64,000 nucleotides of DNA from Sulfolobales archaeon (lineage in GTDB: Archaea > Thermoproteota > Thermoprotei_A > Sulfolobales > AG1), in the NCBI GenBank assembly GCA_038867615.1, contig JAWBYA010000003.1:96001-160000 (forward strand), read 5' to 3'. The notes beneath the pieces were generated by a model that was not told the origin of the DNA, made no database searches, and saw nothing but the letters and a program-made list of their open reading frames with translations. A program made the position numbers and the translations under genes. The stretch's first letter is position 1, and every line of letters begins with the position of its first letter. Positions 18,729 through 30,027 of the stretch are shown here, in pieces.

Positions 18729-19202
18729 TCACCACAGGAATCTTCCTGGAAGTGAAAGACCTAAGCTTATCAACACCGCCTCTACAAGACCGTAAAGAGC
18801 TACCCCGATGGATTGGTATTTAAACGAGGTTCTCTTATCAATGCCAAGGATCTTTGTTGCAAACGATACCGCATAAACACCGGCTATTGGTGTTACGATT
18901 ATTATAGCGACTCTTATCCCGCCTATACCCAGTCTCCTGACCAGACCCTCCCCTCTCCTTGCGAAATATCTAGAGATGGATGGGTATCTCTCCTCAAAAA
19001 GATCTAGTATCGATAGGATCACAGCAGCAGGGATCATGTTAGATGGAAAGGCTATAATGTAGGAGACGAAGGGGTCTATTCCCATGGCAACACCTATCGG
19101 TATAGCGATCAATATCTCCCCTATCGGCGAAGCAGAGATCAAGGCTATAATGAGGATCTTCTCTAGATCCAGGCTCTCTAAAATCACCCACTCTCTCAAC
19201 AC
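18729..19202 (-). CDS. Small multi-drug export family membrane protein
   Basis: SASPIGE..IAIP.G motif, four TM segments. Confidence 0.75.
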   Translation of the reverse strand: MLREWVILESLDLEKILIIALISASPIGEILIAIPIGVAMGIDPFVSYIIAFPSNMIPAAVILSILDLFEERYPSISRYFARRGEGLVRRLGIGGIRVAIIIVTPIAGVYAVSFATKILGIDKRTSFKYQSIGVALYGLVEAVLISLGLSLPGRFLW

Positions 19203-19458
19203 CCTTAATACTCACATCCAAAATATCTAAAACGAGATAATATCATTAGATCCTTACCTAGCCCGCGGGAGGAGAGATCTTGAAATAATAGCTATCAAGA
19301 ACGTTTAACAGGTCTTGGGATCTAGTATTTACTAACCTGATCCTGAGGCCTACATATAGTTGGAGATCCTTAGGCATAGACCATCATAGTTGGGGTATTG
19401 AGAAGAGCTTTTGCAATGTAGCAATAAGCACAATATTAGGTGTTTTTGTTTAATTTGT

Positions 19459-20847
19459 TTAAAAGCCCTTTGTCGAGACAGACTTCTTCCTCGGATATAT
19501 ATAGTCTTTCGGGGCTTTTGCGAATGGTTCTAAATATTTCCTCAAGATCTTCGGAATCTCAACAACACCCTCGGGATCCTGGTTATTCTCTAGAATAGCG
19601 GTTATGGCTCTCGTACTCGCTATTCCGGTTGAGTTGAGCGTATGGACATAACCCTTAACCCTTCCCTTTCTTCTCACAAACCTTATTTTCAGTCTATAGC
19701 TCTGCCAATCCAGATCATTGCTGGCGCTCACCATCTCTCTAAACCTACCCTGGGCGGGCATCCATACTTCTAGATCGTATTTCTTTGCTGCAGGGGCACC
19801 AAGATCCCCTGAGGCTATGTTTACAACCCTGAAGGGCAGGCCAAGTCCTTTGAAAAGCTCCTCTGAATTTCTTATAAGCTCCTCATGGATCTCCCAGCTC
19901 TGCTCTGGTAAGGAGAACACGAACTGCTCTACTTTGTGGAATTGATGCACCCTGAATATACCCTTAAGATCCCTGTTACCCGCGCCTGCTTCTTTTCTAA
20001 AGCTGGGGCTTATCCCAACATATTTAAGGGGCAGGCGATCCTCATCTATCTCCTCACCCATATGGAGGGCTGCTAGTGAGTGTTCAGCTGTTCCTATGAG
20101 GTAGAGATCCTCCCCCTCGATCTTATAGATAGCATCCTTCAACCCCTCATAATCAATCACACTAGTGATTACAAAACCCCTCAGCATGTAGGGCGGTATA
20201 ACCAAAGTATATCCCTTCTGGGTTAGGAAATCCACTGCATACCATAGCAGGGCCATGTCTAGCCATACTATGTCGTCGAAGAGATAGTAGAACCTAGATC
20301 CAGCGACCTCCGAAGCCTTCTCCGTATCGCCGAGGCCAAGTATGTTTTCTAACATATCAGCATGCCCGATCGGTTTCCACTCGATCACCTCGTAATCCAT
20401 CTCAACACCCTTCTTCACAGTCTCCTCAAGGAACTGGTCTATGTGTTCTTTATAAACCCTGGCCTTCCCCCAAACCCTGATCGGTTTTGAAGCACTCTCG
20501 TCGCCCACGGGGACGCTTTCATGAACTATATTTGGTAGTGAGCGTATTGTTTTCTCCCACAGCTCGTCCAGCTCTTTCATACGCTTCTCCATATCCTGTA
20601 GCTGTCCCAAGAGCCTCTTAGCCTCTTCGACAAGCCTTTGCCTCTCCTCCGGAGAAGCCTTAGCGATCTTCTCGCTAATCACATTATGCCTATGCCTAAC
20701 CTCATTGATCTCCGACTGGAATTTTCTCCAAGCGGTATCTATCTCTCTCGCCTTATCAACGATGCTCACATCCATGAGCCTCTTTCTCACATGCTCCTTA
20801 AGAGCCTCAGGATCTTTTCTAAGCAGCTCGAGAACAGACCAGCTCAT
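19459..20847 (-). CDS. serS: Serine--tRNA ligase
   Basis: N-terminal coiled coil, [31 protein letters not shown]. Confidence 0.97.
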   Translation of the reverse strand: MSWSVLELLRKDPEALKEHVRKRLMDVSIVDKAREIDTAWRKFQSEINEVRHRHNVISEKIAKASPEERQRLVEEAKRLLGQLQDMEKRMKELDELWEKTIRSLPNIVHESVPVGDESASKPIRVWGKARVYKEHIDQFLEETVKKGVEMDYEVIEWKPIGHADMLENILGLGDTEKASEVAGSRFYYLFDDIVWLDMALLWYAVDFLTQKGYTLVIPPYMLRGFVITSVIDYEGLKDAIYKIEGEDLYLIGTAEHSLAALHMGEEIDEDRLPLKYVGISPSFRKEAGAGNRDLKGIFRVHQFHKVEQFVFSLPEQSWEIHEELIRNSEELFKGLGLPFRVVNIASGDLGAPAAKKYDLEVWMPAQGRFREMVSASNDLDWQSYRLKIRFVRRKGRVKGYVHTLNSTGIASTRAITAILENNQDPEGVVEIPKILRKYLEPFAKAPKDYIYPRKKSVSTKGF

Positions 20848-20982
20848 GCCCAGCACCAGCTATCTATATATATGTATCACAATTATATGAGGCTCAATGA
20901 GATATAAGTATAGAGAGCACGAAATTCCCGGGAAAAAAGCAATAGGGTTTAAAAAAAACAGTTATTCTGTTTTGTTTTACGG

Positions 20983-21666
20983 CTAGCTGGTGGTGACGTT
21001 AACCGCACCATACCACGGTGTCCAGGCTCTCCAGCCCGCTACATGCCCGAATGCAGCGTTTGCTCCTATATAGATCGCTATAAAGGCTGCTACTACTAGC
21101 AGTGCTATTGCTACCCAACCAATAACCCTGCTATGTCCAGATCTACTGAGTATCGCTGGGGCTAGGGCTACTGAGAGCCCTATGAGGAAGTACATGAGGC
21201 CAGAAATCTCGGGCGTTCTTGTCATTCTGAACGTCCATATTACAAAGCTATAGACTATAACAGGTATTCCTAGAGGTGCCAGGGGTATAGCTATATATCT
21301 CGGATGGATGCCGCTCCAAAGGGCTAGCCCTATTATTAGTGATGCAACACCAAACACAGCCCATGGCTGTATGAGCACAATGTTATTGGATCCAGGCAGG
21401 GGCCATGTAAAGCCTCCCCACAGTCCTGAAACCAAGGCATATATACCCACGAATGTGAAGTAAAGCCCGATACCCTTGTTAGTCTGAACGATCTCTGGTG
21501 CCACAGCCTCTTTCACAGCCTCGCTAACGCCCTGTGGGTTATGCAGTGCTCTATATTTTATAGCATTGACATATACGCCGTAAGCAGCTACTATGAGGGA
21601 TGCTCCTAGTATCATTAACCATAGGTCGAGCGGATCTACAAACAGTATGGGCATTTTTCTCACCAT
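20983..21666 (-). CDS. DUF981-like membrane protein
   Basis: LFVDPL N-terminus, TWPLPGS.NI motif, multi-TM. Confidence 0.75.
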   Translation of the reverse strand: MVRKMPILFVDPLDLWLMILGASLIVAAYGVYVNAIKYRALHNPQGVSEAVKEAVAPEIVQTNKGIGLYFTFVGIYALVSGLWGGFTWPLPGSNNIVLIQPWAVFGVASLIIGLALWSGIHPRYIAIPLAPLGIPVIVYSFVIWTFRMTRTPEISGLMYFLIGLSVALAPAILSRSGHSRVIGWVAIALLVVAAFIAIYIGANAAFGHVAGWRAWTPWYGAVNVTTS

Positions 21667-21837
21667 GTGATGATCTACGCGAGTATTTATAAGGCTTTCT
21701 ATTGATCCTTATATGGATATATAGAAAAAGTTATGATATATTGTTGGTTTATTGAAAAACACACGGATACTTAAGATTTTATACCTTTATATACATGTAT
21801 TTTATGTACTATGCTCTTCTAGAGGATTTAATGATCG

Positions 21838-23376
21838 CTATAGATACTCCCAGACACCCTTCCCCTTATAATTATACACGATAGTCTTATATGCTGTTGT
21901 ATATTCTATTGCATAGCCTATCCCTTCCCTCCCTATCCCGGAGTCTTTTCTACCGCCGAATGGATAGTACCCTATCCCGTGTCTTGGATAGTCATTAATA
22001 TATATAGCTCCCACCTCTAGATGTCTTATGAGGTATCTTATCTTGTTAATATCCTTTCCAAAGATAGCAGCATCTAGCCCATAGCTTCTTTTATTACTTA
22101 TCTCCACAGCCTCCTCAACAGTCCTAAAGCTCGTTATAAGAGCTACTGGTGCGAAGACCTCTTTCTTAAAGAGGACGAGCTCGTAGATCCCATCCTTCTG
22201 AGCCTCTATAAGTGTTGGCTCAACATATGTCTGCCCAAGTCTTTTTCCACCAACCAGGATCTTGCAGCTCTTCGACACAGCATCTTCGATAGCCTTCATC
22301 ATCTCGTCAACCGCTTTCTCCTCTATAAGGGGGCCCATGCTAACACTCGGATCTCTGGGGTCTCCTACTTTCACCTTCCTAAGCTCCTCGACTAGGAGGG
22401 ATTTGAGCTTATCATACACAGGCTCTTCGACGAGGATGAGCTTTATGGCATCACATCTCTGCCCGCTATAACTATATATACCTCTGGCTATTCTCTGCGC
22501 GCTCCACTCGAGATCAGCGTCGCTAAGCACTATAGCCGGATCCCCACCTCCTAGCTCCATGATGAACTGCTTTATCCCAGCACTTCTGAGAACCTTGATC
22601 CCGGTTTCTGTGCTTCCTGTGAGGCTTATAGCACCGATCCTTGGGTCTGGGAGTATCTTCTCCATATCTCTCCCACTCAGGGTTATGAGGGCCAGGGCTC
22701 TTTTCGGAAAACCAGCGAGTTCTAGAAGCCTTATGAACAGGATCACAGGGATCGGATCTAGAAGGGAGGGTTTTATCATAAACGCGTTCCCAACTATTGC
22801 TGAGTATGATAGCTTGTTTACAGTATCAAAGAGGGGGTAGTTGAAGGGCGTTATGGCAAGCACTATCCCCACAGGCTCTCTCCTAACTATAGCTTCTGTC
22901 TCTGTTGTCTCATCGCTCCAATCTCCTGGTATGTAGTCTCCATGTACCTTCTTCAGATCTAGCTTTGCTTCTCTAAGCCTATCTATAGATGCCTTAACCT
23001 CGCCCTTAGCAGCCTGGATAGGCTTCCCAGCATTTATGATCAGGGCGTTAACCACATCATCACCACCGCTCTCAAGAAGATCCGCGGCTTTGTTGAGTAT
23101 CGAGAGTCTCTTATACCCCGGCATATTTCTAATGTCCCATCTACCATATCTATGCATTATGTCAAGGGCTCTCTCAACATCCCTCTGGGAGGGGATCGAG
23201 ACACGGGCTATTACAGAGAGGTCGATTGGGGATCTTATGTCCTGATAAGCCTCGCCCTCAACCCACTCACCGGCTATGTAGCTCTTGAAAACTGGGATGC
23301 CATCGCTGTCAAGCCTATAGATCTCTTTGAACAATGGCGATGTTATATCTAGTCTTGCTCCCAAACACCACACCAC
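21838..23376 (-). CDS. gapN: Non-phosphorylating NADP-dependent GAP dehydrogenase
   Basis: [44 protein letters not shown]-terminal GKGVWEYL. Confidence 0.93.
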   Translation of the reverse strand: MVWCLGARLDITSPLFKEIYRLDSDGIPVFKSYIAGEWVEGEAYQDIRSPIDLSVIARVSIPSQRDVERALDIMHRYGRWDIRNMPGYKRLSILNKAADLLESGGDDVVNALIINAGKPIQAAKGEVKASIDRLREAKLDLKKVHGDYIPGDWSDETTETEAIVRREPVGIVLAITPFNYPLFDTVNKLSYSAIVGNAFMIKPSLLDPIPVILFIRLLELAGFPKRALALITLSGRDMEKILPDPRIGAISLTGSTETGIKVLRSAGIKQFIMELGGGDPAIVLSDADLEWSAQRIARGIYSYSGQRCDAIKLILVEEPVYDKLKSLLVEELRKVKVGDPRDPSVSMGPLIEEKAVDEMMKAIEDAVSKSCKILVGGKRLGQTYVEPTLIEAQKDGIYELVLFKKEVFAPVALITSFRTVEEAVEISNKRSYGLDAAIFGKDINKIRYLIRHLEVGAIYINDYPRHGIGYYPFGGRKDSGIGREGIGYAIEYTTAYKTIVYNYKGKGVWEYL

Positions 23377-23530
23377 AACGATTATACCTAGGTAATATAT
23401 ATTTTTACTCGATAATAAGATTCCTTGTAACGGGTATAATCAAGAGTTATTGTATAGGTAGTGTGAAGAGACCCCTGTGTTGAGGAAAATGCCTAAGCAA
23501 ATATTTGTTGATTCTTTCTTTTACTAAAAA

Positions 23531-25333
23531 CTACTCATGGATCTTTAGCAACAAGATCTTTTTCTCTGACTTCTCCACAATCTTTACAAAGCCTATTCTT
23601 AATAACTGGTATACTCGATCTTCTAAAGCTATAGCACTATTCTCTATAAAACCCCTATAGATGTTGTATCTCAGCCCCACCGGCTCTCTTAGCAGTGCTT
23701 TCACAGGGTTATGGGAAACCCACTGGATTATAGGCATTCCTCTCTTTCTAGCCGTCTCAAGATCCCTCGATATATATTTAGCCATCGCTATCGGCGGATC
23801 CGATCTTATTGTGCTAGTTATCTCCACATTTGCTAACTCCACCAGCCTAGCCTGCTTTGTATTATTCATAACCGCCTCTAGATCTTTTCTCGATATATAG
23901 ACATAGGGCCCCGTCTTATCAACACCGATCCTTAGTTCCCTCTCGCCAAGGCTCTTATTATCGGGATGATAGGGTATTCTCACAGCCAATAGCTCTTCTG
24001 GGAGTCCTTCTATGTATAGCTTCACGGGATCTATGACCATCATGACCCTCCTAGTCCCGAGATCCAGTTTCTTCCTATTGAGAGAGGCTAGATTATCCCA
24101 AGATATACTTGCATCGCTCGGCTTCACACCAAGCCCTAGTATAGTCTCCCTTATGGTTTCTGCGAGAACCCCCCTGGATCTCAGCCCAGCGAGTGTTCCA
24201 AACCTAGGGTCTGCGTGTCCCTCAAATCTTCCGGGGTATTTAGCAAGGATTGTTCTTATCTTCGATTTACTTAGTATAAACCCCTCTAGCTTTAGTCTAC
24301 CAACATTCACCACATGGGGGTAGTTCCAACCCATATGTGTGTAGAGGTACATCTGCTTCGTAGTATTCTGAGCATGCTCTCTCCCCCTTATAATATGGGT
24401 CACGCCTAGGAGGTGATCGTCAACCCCTGCTGCAAAGTTATATGTTGGCCATACCACATATCTATCACCGCTCAGCGGGTGCGGGTGTTTAGAGGTATCT
24501 ATTATCCTCATGCCTATCCAGTCAACCACGCTGGGGTCTGGGTGGTTGAGGTCTGTTTTAACCCTCAGGGCTGCCTCTCCCTCGCCATAGAAGCCCGAGA
24601 TCATTTTGTCAAAGAGCTCTAGGTTCTCCTCAACACTCTGTGATCTATGCTTGCAGGCCCTTCTAGAGGCTCTATTTCTCGAGATCTCCTCCCTATTACA
24701 TAGATCTATATAGGCGCCTCCCCTCTTGATAAGTTCTCTAGCCTGCTCATAATAGATCTCCATCCGCATGCTCTGTATATACTCCTCATCCCATTTTATT
24801 CCAAGCCACTTTAGATCCTCTTTTATGGCCCAGTAAGCCTCTGGTAGGGGTGTCTTGATCCTTGGATCTGTGTCCTCGAACCTGAGGATCATCTTCCCAT
24901 TATAGATCTCCTTTGCATAAACATAGCTGAGAAGGGCAGGCCTTGCATTGCCTAGGTGGAGCACAAAATCAGGGTTTGGAGCGAATCTAGTGACAACACC
25001 CTTTTCAGCCTCAGGCAAGGGCGGTAAACCCTTCTGCTCTTCTCGAGGCTTCTTTTCCTCTGCTTCTTCTGGGAACTGTGTTCTCAGGAGGGCGAGTTGT
25101 TCCTCTGCTTTCATTCTATTAACACTATCTATTATCTCTCTCGCGATTTCTGCTACCTCTCTAGCTCGTGCTTTTAGCTCTGGCTTCTCGCCCAGGACCT
25201 TGTTGATTACTGGGGCTAGCGATGCCTTACCACCGTGCCTAACAGCATTTAGAAGAACGTGTTTAAGTATGAGTCTCCTTACCTCTTCACCGAGTCCCGA
25301 GGATCCTGGCTCTCCTAACATTCTCCCCACCAA
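23531..25333 (-). CDS. gltX: Glutamate--tRNA ligase
   Basis: TRFAPNP, HLGN (HIGH), LRFEDTDP, LSKSK. Confidence 0.96.
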   Translation of the reverse strand: MVGRMLGEPGSSGLGEEVRRLILKHVLLNAVRHGGKASLAPVINKVLGEKPELKARAREVAEIAREIIDSVNRMKAEEQLALLRTQFPEEAEEKKPREEQKGLPPLPEAEKGVVTRFAPNPDFVLHLGNARPALLSYVYAKEIYNGKMILRFEDTDPRIKTPLPEAYWAIKEDLKWLGIKWDEEYIQSMRMEIYYEQARELIKRGGAYIDLCNREEISRNRASRRACKHRSQSVEENLELFDKMISGFYGEGEAALRVKTDLNHPDPSVVDWIGMRIIDTSKHPHPLSGDRYVVWPTYNFAAGVDDHLLGVTHIIRGREHAQNTTKQMYLYTHMGWNYPHVVNVGRLKLEGFILSKSKIRTILAKYPGRFEGHADPRFGTLAGLRSRGVLAETIRETILGLGVKPSDASISWDNLASLNRKKLDLGTRRVMMVIDPVKLYIEGLPEELLAVRIPYHPDNKSLGERELRIGVDKTGPYVYISRKDLEAVMNNTKQARLVELANVEITSTIRSDPPIAMAKYISRDLETARKRGMPIIQWVSHNPVKALLREPVGLRYNIYRGFIENSAIALEDRVYQLLRIGFVKIVEKSEKKILLLKIHE

Positions 25334-25808
25334 TAATTATGAGAAGGAGTTTTTCAGGCTTCGCCTCTGGTTTCTGTGCGGCGTAAGCAACCACGCCTGC
25401 GAAGCTGGATCTCACGGTTCTAACCTCTCCCTTCCCAGTGACTATATATGCTATCCTATCGCCTTTGGCTACACTCTCTCCTTCAGAAACGATCCCATAG
25501 ACCCTATATCCCTCGATCTCCATGTTATGTGCAATAACTCCTTCTCTGACTAATAGACATTGATCGGAGCCTTCCCACATGATAATAAAACCACATTTTA
25601 TAACACCACTACCCACTATTAGCTGCTCCGCCTCCTCATAAGGAACCTCGACGTAACAGTCGCTACAATTATCACCGCACCCAGCCGTTACGATGGGGCT
25701 CTCGCCAGGATCTGTTACGCAATATCTCTTTCCATACCTGCCGGGATCTTCTACACACCTTGACGATACAGCTATATAGGGGAATCCTTTTCTCAACTCT
25801 CTCTCCAT
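25287..25808 (-). CDS. DUF2118-like protein (lipoyl/biotinyl-like C-terminus)
   Basis: EGESVAKGDRIAYIVTGKGEVR; lies between gds and gltX. Confidence 0.7.
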   Translation of the reverse strand: MERELRKGFPYIAVSSRCVEDPGRYGKRYCVTDPGESPIVTAGCGDNCSDCYVEVPYEEAEQLIVGSGVIKCGFIIMWEGSDQCLLVREGVIAHNMEIEGYRVYGIVSEGESVAKGDRIAYIVTGKGEVRTVRSSFAGVVAYAAQKPEAKPEKLLLIIIGGENVRRARILGTR

Positions 25809-26809
25809 GCAAGCCTAAATATTAAACCCTTTATCCAGTCAACAACCTTTCTATCAATACCCATGATCCTTTCTAGGCTTTCTAGCGATATGTTTACATG
25901 CTTTCTCACTAAGTCCTCCGCATATTTAATACTCCCAGACTCGATCATGAGCTCTCTAGCCCTCTCCAGATCTTTTAGTGGTGCCTCCCTATTGCCCAGG
26001 ACTCCTAGGAGGAATCTTCTCTTCTCTTCTGGGAGGCTTCTTAGCGCATGGATCACCATTATGGTTCTCTTACCCTCCCTCACATCGCTGAGGATCGGTT
26101 TTCCAGTAACGCTTGGGTCTCCTATCAAGCCTATCAGATCATCCCTTATCTGAAAAGCTATGCCAGCGTTCTTAAAACACCTTTCTATATTCTCTAGATC
26201 CTCGTTATCAGCATCCCCAAGGATAGCCCCTATCATTGCGGATGCTACAAATAACGCCGAGGTCTTCTTATAGATCATCTCTAGATATTGATCCTCAGAG
26301 GCGTCGAGAGCTTTTGATAACATCATGTCTAGCGCCTGCCCCTCAGCAACGGTTATCGAGGCCCGGTTAAGGATCCTAGCGATCCTTAGAACATTATCAG
26401 GCTTTACCCCAACGTCGACGAGGCTCAGAATGGCTTCGTATGATTTGGCGAAAAGGAGATCTCCGGCTAGTATTGCCATCTCTTCTCCATAGACGCGGTG
26501 TGTTGTTGGGATACCTCTTCTAAACTCATCCCTATCCATTATATCGTCGTGCACCAATGTGAAGTTATGGAGGATCTCTATCGATGCCCCAGCTATAGAG
26601 GAGATCGAGGGGTCAACGCCATAACCCTTAGCAACAAGCCCTAGGACTAGGGGCCTGAGTCTCTTTCCACCAGCAGTTATTAGGTGGGATGATGCTCTGT
26701 ATAGTGTTTCAGGCTCTCCCCTCAATAGATCATATATCCTCTTGTTAACGAGCGCTATGTATTGCTCGGCAAACATTCTGAACTCACGATCTTCGGTGAC
26801 AGGGCTCAA
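25793..26809 (-). CDS. gds: Geranylgeranyl diphosphate synthase
   Basis: GGKRLRP, FTLVHDDIMD...RRG, GQALD, FQIRDD. Confidence 0.92.
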   Translation of the reverse strand: MSPVTEDREFRMFAEQYIALVNKRIYDLLRGEPETLYRASSHLITAGGKRLRPLVLGLVAKGYGVDPSISSIAGASIEILHNFTLVHDDIMDRDEFRRGIPTTHRVYGEEMAILAGDLLFAKSYEAILSLVDVGVKPDNVLRIARILNRASITVAEGQALDMMLSKALDASEDQYLEMIYKKTSALFVASAMIGAILGDADNEDLENIERCFKNAGIAFQIRDDLIGLIGDPSVTGKPILSDVREGKRTIMVIHALRSLPEEKRRFLLGVLGNREAPLKDLERARELMIESGSIKYAEDLVRKHVNISLESLERIMGIDRKVVDWIKGLIFRLAWRES

Positions 26810-26902
26810 CCCTCTTACCCCGATATGTATAGTAAATCCGCATTATATTGTTACCAAGGATCTAGATGATCTATGAAGGTTTTCTCAGCACGGAAGAAGC
26901 TT

Positions 26903-27862
26903 CTATGGTTTTATAGATATTTTGAAATACCTGGGATTAAGCGCCTCTTCAAAAGCTTCTCTAGCATCATCTATATCATAGACCTTGTCAAGCCTGGTTT
27001 CCACAACATCGTTCTCGAGGAGCTTGATAGCCGTTTTAAACTCTCTGAAGGTTCCACACCTAGACCCTATTATAGTGAGCTCTTTGACCACGGCAAAGGT
27101 TGTATCGACGCTCGCTAAGGCTCCGGTGGTTGATTTTGTATGGATCACCCCGGTAGGTTTTGCCAGATCTATTGCTATATTTATAGCCCTATGATCACCG
27201 GCTGCTTCGAATACAATATCGTATGAAGATCTGGGGGCGTCTTCCAGATAGATCACGTTATCAGCTATACCAGCAAACTCGCCAGCCTTTGCACTATTCC
27301 CTCTAGCTATAACATCCACTCTAAAACCATATAGTTTTTTCAACACCTGCACAGTAAGCCAGGCGATATTCCCGGTCCCTATTACAGCAACCTCGTCTGT
27401 GGGTTTCGGGGGTCTTAGGGATAGGGATCTGAGAACAGCTGCTAGGGGTTCGACAAAGATCCCCTTCTCAGGGGATCCTTTGAACGGATGTAGAGCCTCT
27501 AGAGGTGCTATGAAGTATTCTGCCATTCCTCCGTCAAAATCTATTCCAAGCGTCTTCTTATGAGGGCAGTGTGTGTATAGACCGGATCTGCAGTAGTTAC
27601 AAGACCAGCATGGGAAGTTTATCTCAGAAACAACCCTCATCCCGGTAAGTTCTTCGGAGCCAGAGATCACTCTACCAACAACCTCGTGCCCCGGTATTAG
27701 TGGTGTTTTGAACAACCTATAGGATCCTGTGTAGAAAGCCTTATCAGTACCACATATCCCCGAAAGCTCACTCTTAACCAAGGCCCAGCCGTTGGGGGGT
27801 GTTGGTACCGGAATATCTATAACATCTACCCTTCTATCGCCATATAGTGCTACTGCTTTCAA
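26903..27862 (-). CDS. Zn-dependent medium-chain alcohol dehydrogenase
   Basis: GICGTD, GHE, CxxCxxC-x7-C, EPLA. Confidence 0.9.
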   Translation of the reverse strand: MKAVALYGDRRVDVIDIPVPTPPNGWALVKSELSGICGTDKAFYTGSYRLFKTPLIPGHEVVGRVISGSEELTGMRVVSEINFPCWSCNYCRSGLYTHCPHKKTLGIDFDGGMAEYFIAPLEALHPFKGSPEKGIFVEPLAAVLRSLSLRPPKPTDEVAVIGTGNIAWLTVQVLKKLYGFRVDVIARGNSAKAGEFAGIADNVIYLEDAPRSSYDIVFEAAGDHRAINIAIDLAKPTGVIHTKSTTGALASVDTTFAVVKELTIIGSRCGTFREFKTAIKLLENDVVETRLDKVYDIDDAREAFEEALNPRYFKISIKP

Positions 27863-27998
27863 AACAACACCATCTATTACTACTCTACCCAGGCTAACTT
27901 ATATCCCATTAAACGGGCCCTTGGATGTATGGCTAAAACCTATTTCTCTCAGTACAGGCTAGCCTGTGCTTTCCGCGGAGCTATTATTTCAATATACC

Positions 27999-28496
27999 TC
28001 AAGAATCTATCTTTCTCAGTATCTTTATGCAAGGTTTGCTATGCTCAAGTTCCGTATGATCCGCGGTGTTCTCCCCGGTATGGGGTATTATATATCCGTG
28101 GGGGCATTTTCTGGGATGTCCCAACATGCTACAGATCTTCTCCGCATTTTCCTCCTCAACCTCCAGATCTATTTGAGACGCTATCGAACACGCAGAATCT
28201 ATCTCGATCTTAAAGATCCTTACCAACATCTCTTCCAAAACCCCATGGATCCATATTCTCTTCATGAGGATTCTCTTCCCAGCAGGGGTCAGGCTATATA
28301 ATCCCCTGCCTGTTTTAGCAACAAGGCCTTGGTTTATCAATTCTGCTAGATATTCGTGGGCTGACGGGGCACTAACACCCAGGATCTCTGATATATCGGC
28401 AAGCCTGGCAGGTTTTCCCTCGGGCGATGCTATATATATTGCTAAGAGGTAGTCAAAGGCTCTTTTAGAGACCCTATTACCAGCTTTCCCCTCCAT
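27999..28496 (-). CDS. DtxR/MntR family metal-dependent regulator
   Basis: DYL.AIY, L.VS.PS, LT..G, H..LE, LGHPRKCPHG..IP. Confidence 0.9.
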   Translation of the reverse strand: MEGKAGNRVSKRAFDYLLAIYIASPEGKPARLADISEILGVSAPSAHEYLAELINQGLVAKTGRGLYSLTPAGKRILMKRIWIHGVLEEMLVRIFKIEIDSACSIASQIDLEVEEENAEKICSMLGHPRKCPHGYIIPHTGENTADHTELEHSKPCIKILRKIDS

Positions 28497-28502
28497 TTCG
28501 CA

Positions 28503-29306
28503 TCACCTTTTGACGAGTAGTAAGAGATAAAGGCTGATTGATATGATCCCCAATAATGCTCCATATGGTATTCCTACCTGGTATGATATTACTATAGAGG
28601 TTATTGATGATAGGAACGAGAATATTATAGCTATATAGCTGCTTCCCTGTTCAACCCTGCTTGCTATAATCCCGGGCATCATGAGAGCTATATGAGCCGG
28701 GATCGCTCCTATAAGCCTCGTTATATATATCGCTGAGAATGCTATGAGCATATATAAGATCCATCTATATATCCTGGCACCTCCCCTCAGTATCTCGAAA
28801 GTCTCTGGATCGAAGGCAATATATATGAATATCCTCCATAGGAATAATAACACGAGCACAAGGAGAACGCCGGCTAGAAGGTATGATGCAATACTGCTGG
28901 GGGGTATGAGAAACGGGTTTCCGAACAGTACCGTGTAGACATAAGAGACTCCCCCTGGTGTTAATAGGGCTACATAGTATGAGAACAGAGACGCTATCAT
29001 TGACGCCACCGCTATTGTGAAGCCCATAGATGTGTCCTGGCTAAAGCCCTTTTCCAGCATCAAAACGGCTATGAGGATAAATAGAGCCATAGTTATTAGT
29101 GAAACAAACTCGCTTGGCAATGCTCTATAATACCATGCTACAAGGCCTCCAACAAGGCTTGCAGCTATGATCATGTGGAGTGATTCTATTGCAAGGAATT
29201 GCGTCCTTGTATAGTTTATAAGCACACCTATCAATCCTGCTACTATTGATGCTAGCGATGCTGATAATAAGCCTGAGACTAGGAGGGGGTCAACCATGCT
29301 CCTCAC
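28503..29306 (-). CDS. Zn/Mn ABC transporter permease
   Basis: Multi-TM, LFGN and IAFDPE motifs; operon context. Confidence 0.85.
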   Translation of the reverse strand: MRSMVDPLLVSGLLSASLASIVAGLIGVLINYTRTQFLAIESLHMIIAASLVGGLVAWYYRALPSEFVSLITMALFILIAVLMLEKGFSQDTSMGFTIAVASMIASLFSYYVALLTPGGVSYVYTVLFGNPFLIPPSSIASYLLAGVLLVLVLLFLWRIFIYIAFDPETFEILRGGARIYRWILYMLIAFSAIYITRLIGAIPAHIALMMPGIIASRVEQGSSYIAIIFSFLSSITSIVISYQVGIPYGALLGIISISLYLLLLVKR

Positions 29307-30027
29307 CCATTACTATAAAGCCTTCTCTCAGTAACACAGATCCGTAGGCTTCTGCTAGATATTCAGGTTTAGCGATCTCTGAAAACCAACCATGAGCTAC
29401 TATACGCCTGTTTAGAAGTATTAGGTATGGGTCGTATAGAGCACAAACCGAGAGATCATGACCTACTATGAGAAAACTCACTTCCCTCTCCTCATGGATC
29501 TTATAGAGGGTTGAGAAGATCTCACTCCTCCCCTTCGAATCTATATGTGATAAAGGCTCATCAAGCAGTATTAGCTTAGCATCTTTTACGAGAGCCCTTG
29601 CCAGGAGAACTCTCTGCCTAAGCCCGCCTGAGAGTTTCGAGAAGATCTCGTTCTCATACTTCTCAGCACCAACGATCTTGAGGGCTTCTCTGACTAGACT
29701 CTCATCATCCTCACCAAGGATCCTGATGGGCATTGCAACAACATCCTTAACCTTGATAGGCATATCGAGGTTTATAGCAGAGGATTGGGGCATGTAGCTC
29801 ACAATCCTCCTTATACTCTTCTTATCAAGCTCGGGGTCTATTCCAAAGACACTAACACTACCACTTTTCCTCTTAACAATACCTAGAAGGACTTTCAGCA
29901 TTGTCGACTTACCAGCACCATTAGGTCCTGCGATAACGGCAAAGAACGGATGTTTGAGAGATATTGTTATATCCTCTATAACGATTCTATCTCCATAGCC
30001 TGCACTAACATGATCCATAACGATCAT
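29290..30027 (-). CDS. Zn/Mn ABC transporter ATPase
   Basis: GPNGAGKST, LSGG, LLDEP. Confidence 0.9.
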   Translation of the reverse strand: MIVMDHVSAGYGDRIVIEDITISLKHPFFAVIAGPNGAGKSTMLKVLLGIVKRKSGSVSVFGIDPELDKKSIRRIVSYMPQSSAINLDMPIKVKDVVAMPIRILGEDDESLVREALKIVGAEKYENEIFSKLSGGLRQRVLLARALVKDAKLILLDEPLSHIDSKGRSEIFSTLYKIHEEREVSFLIVGHDLSVCALYDPYLILLNRRIVAHGWFSEIAKPEYLAEAYGSVLLREGFIVMGEEHG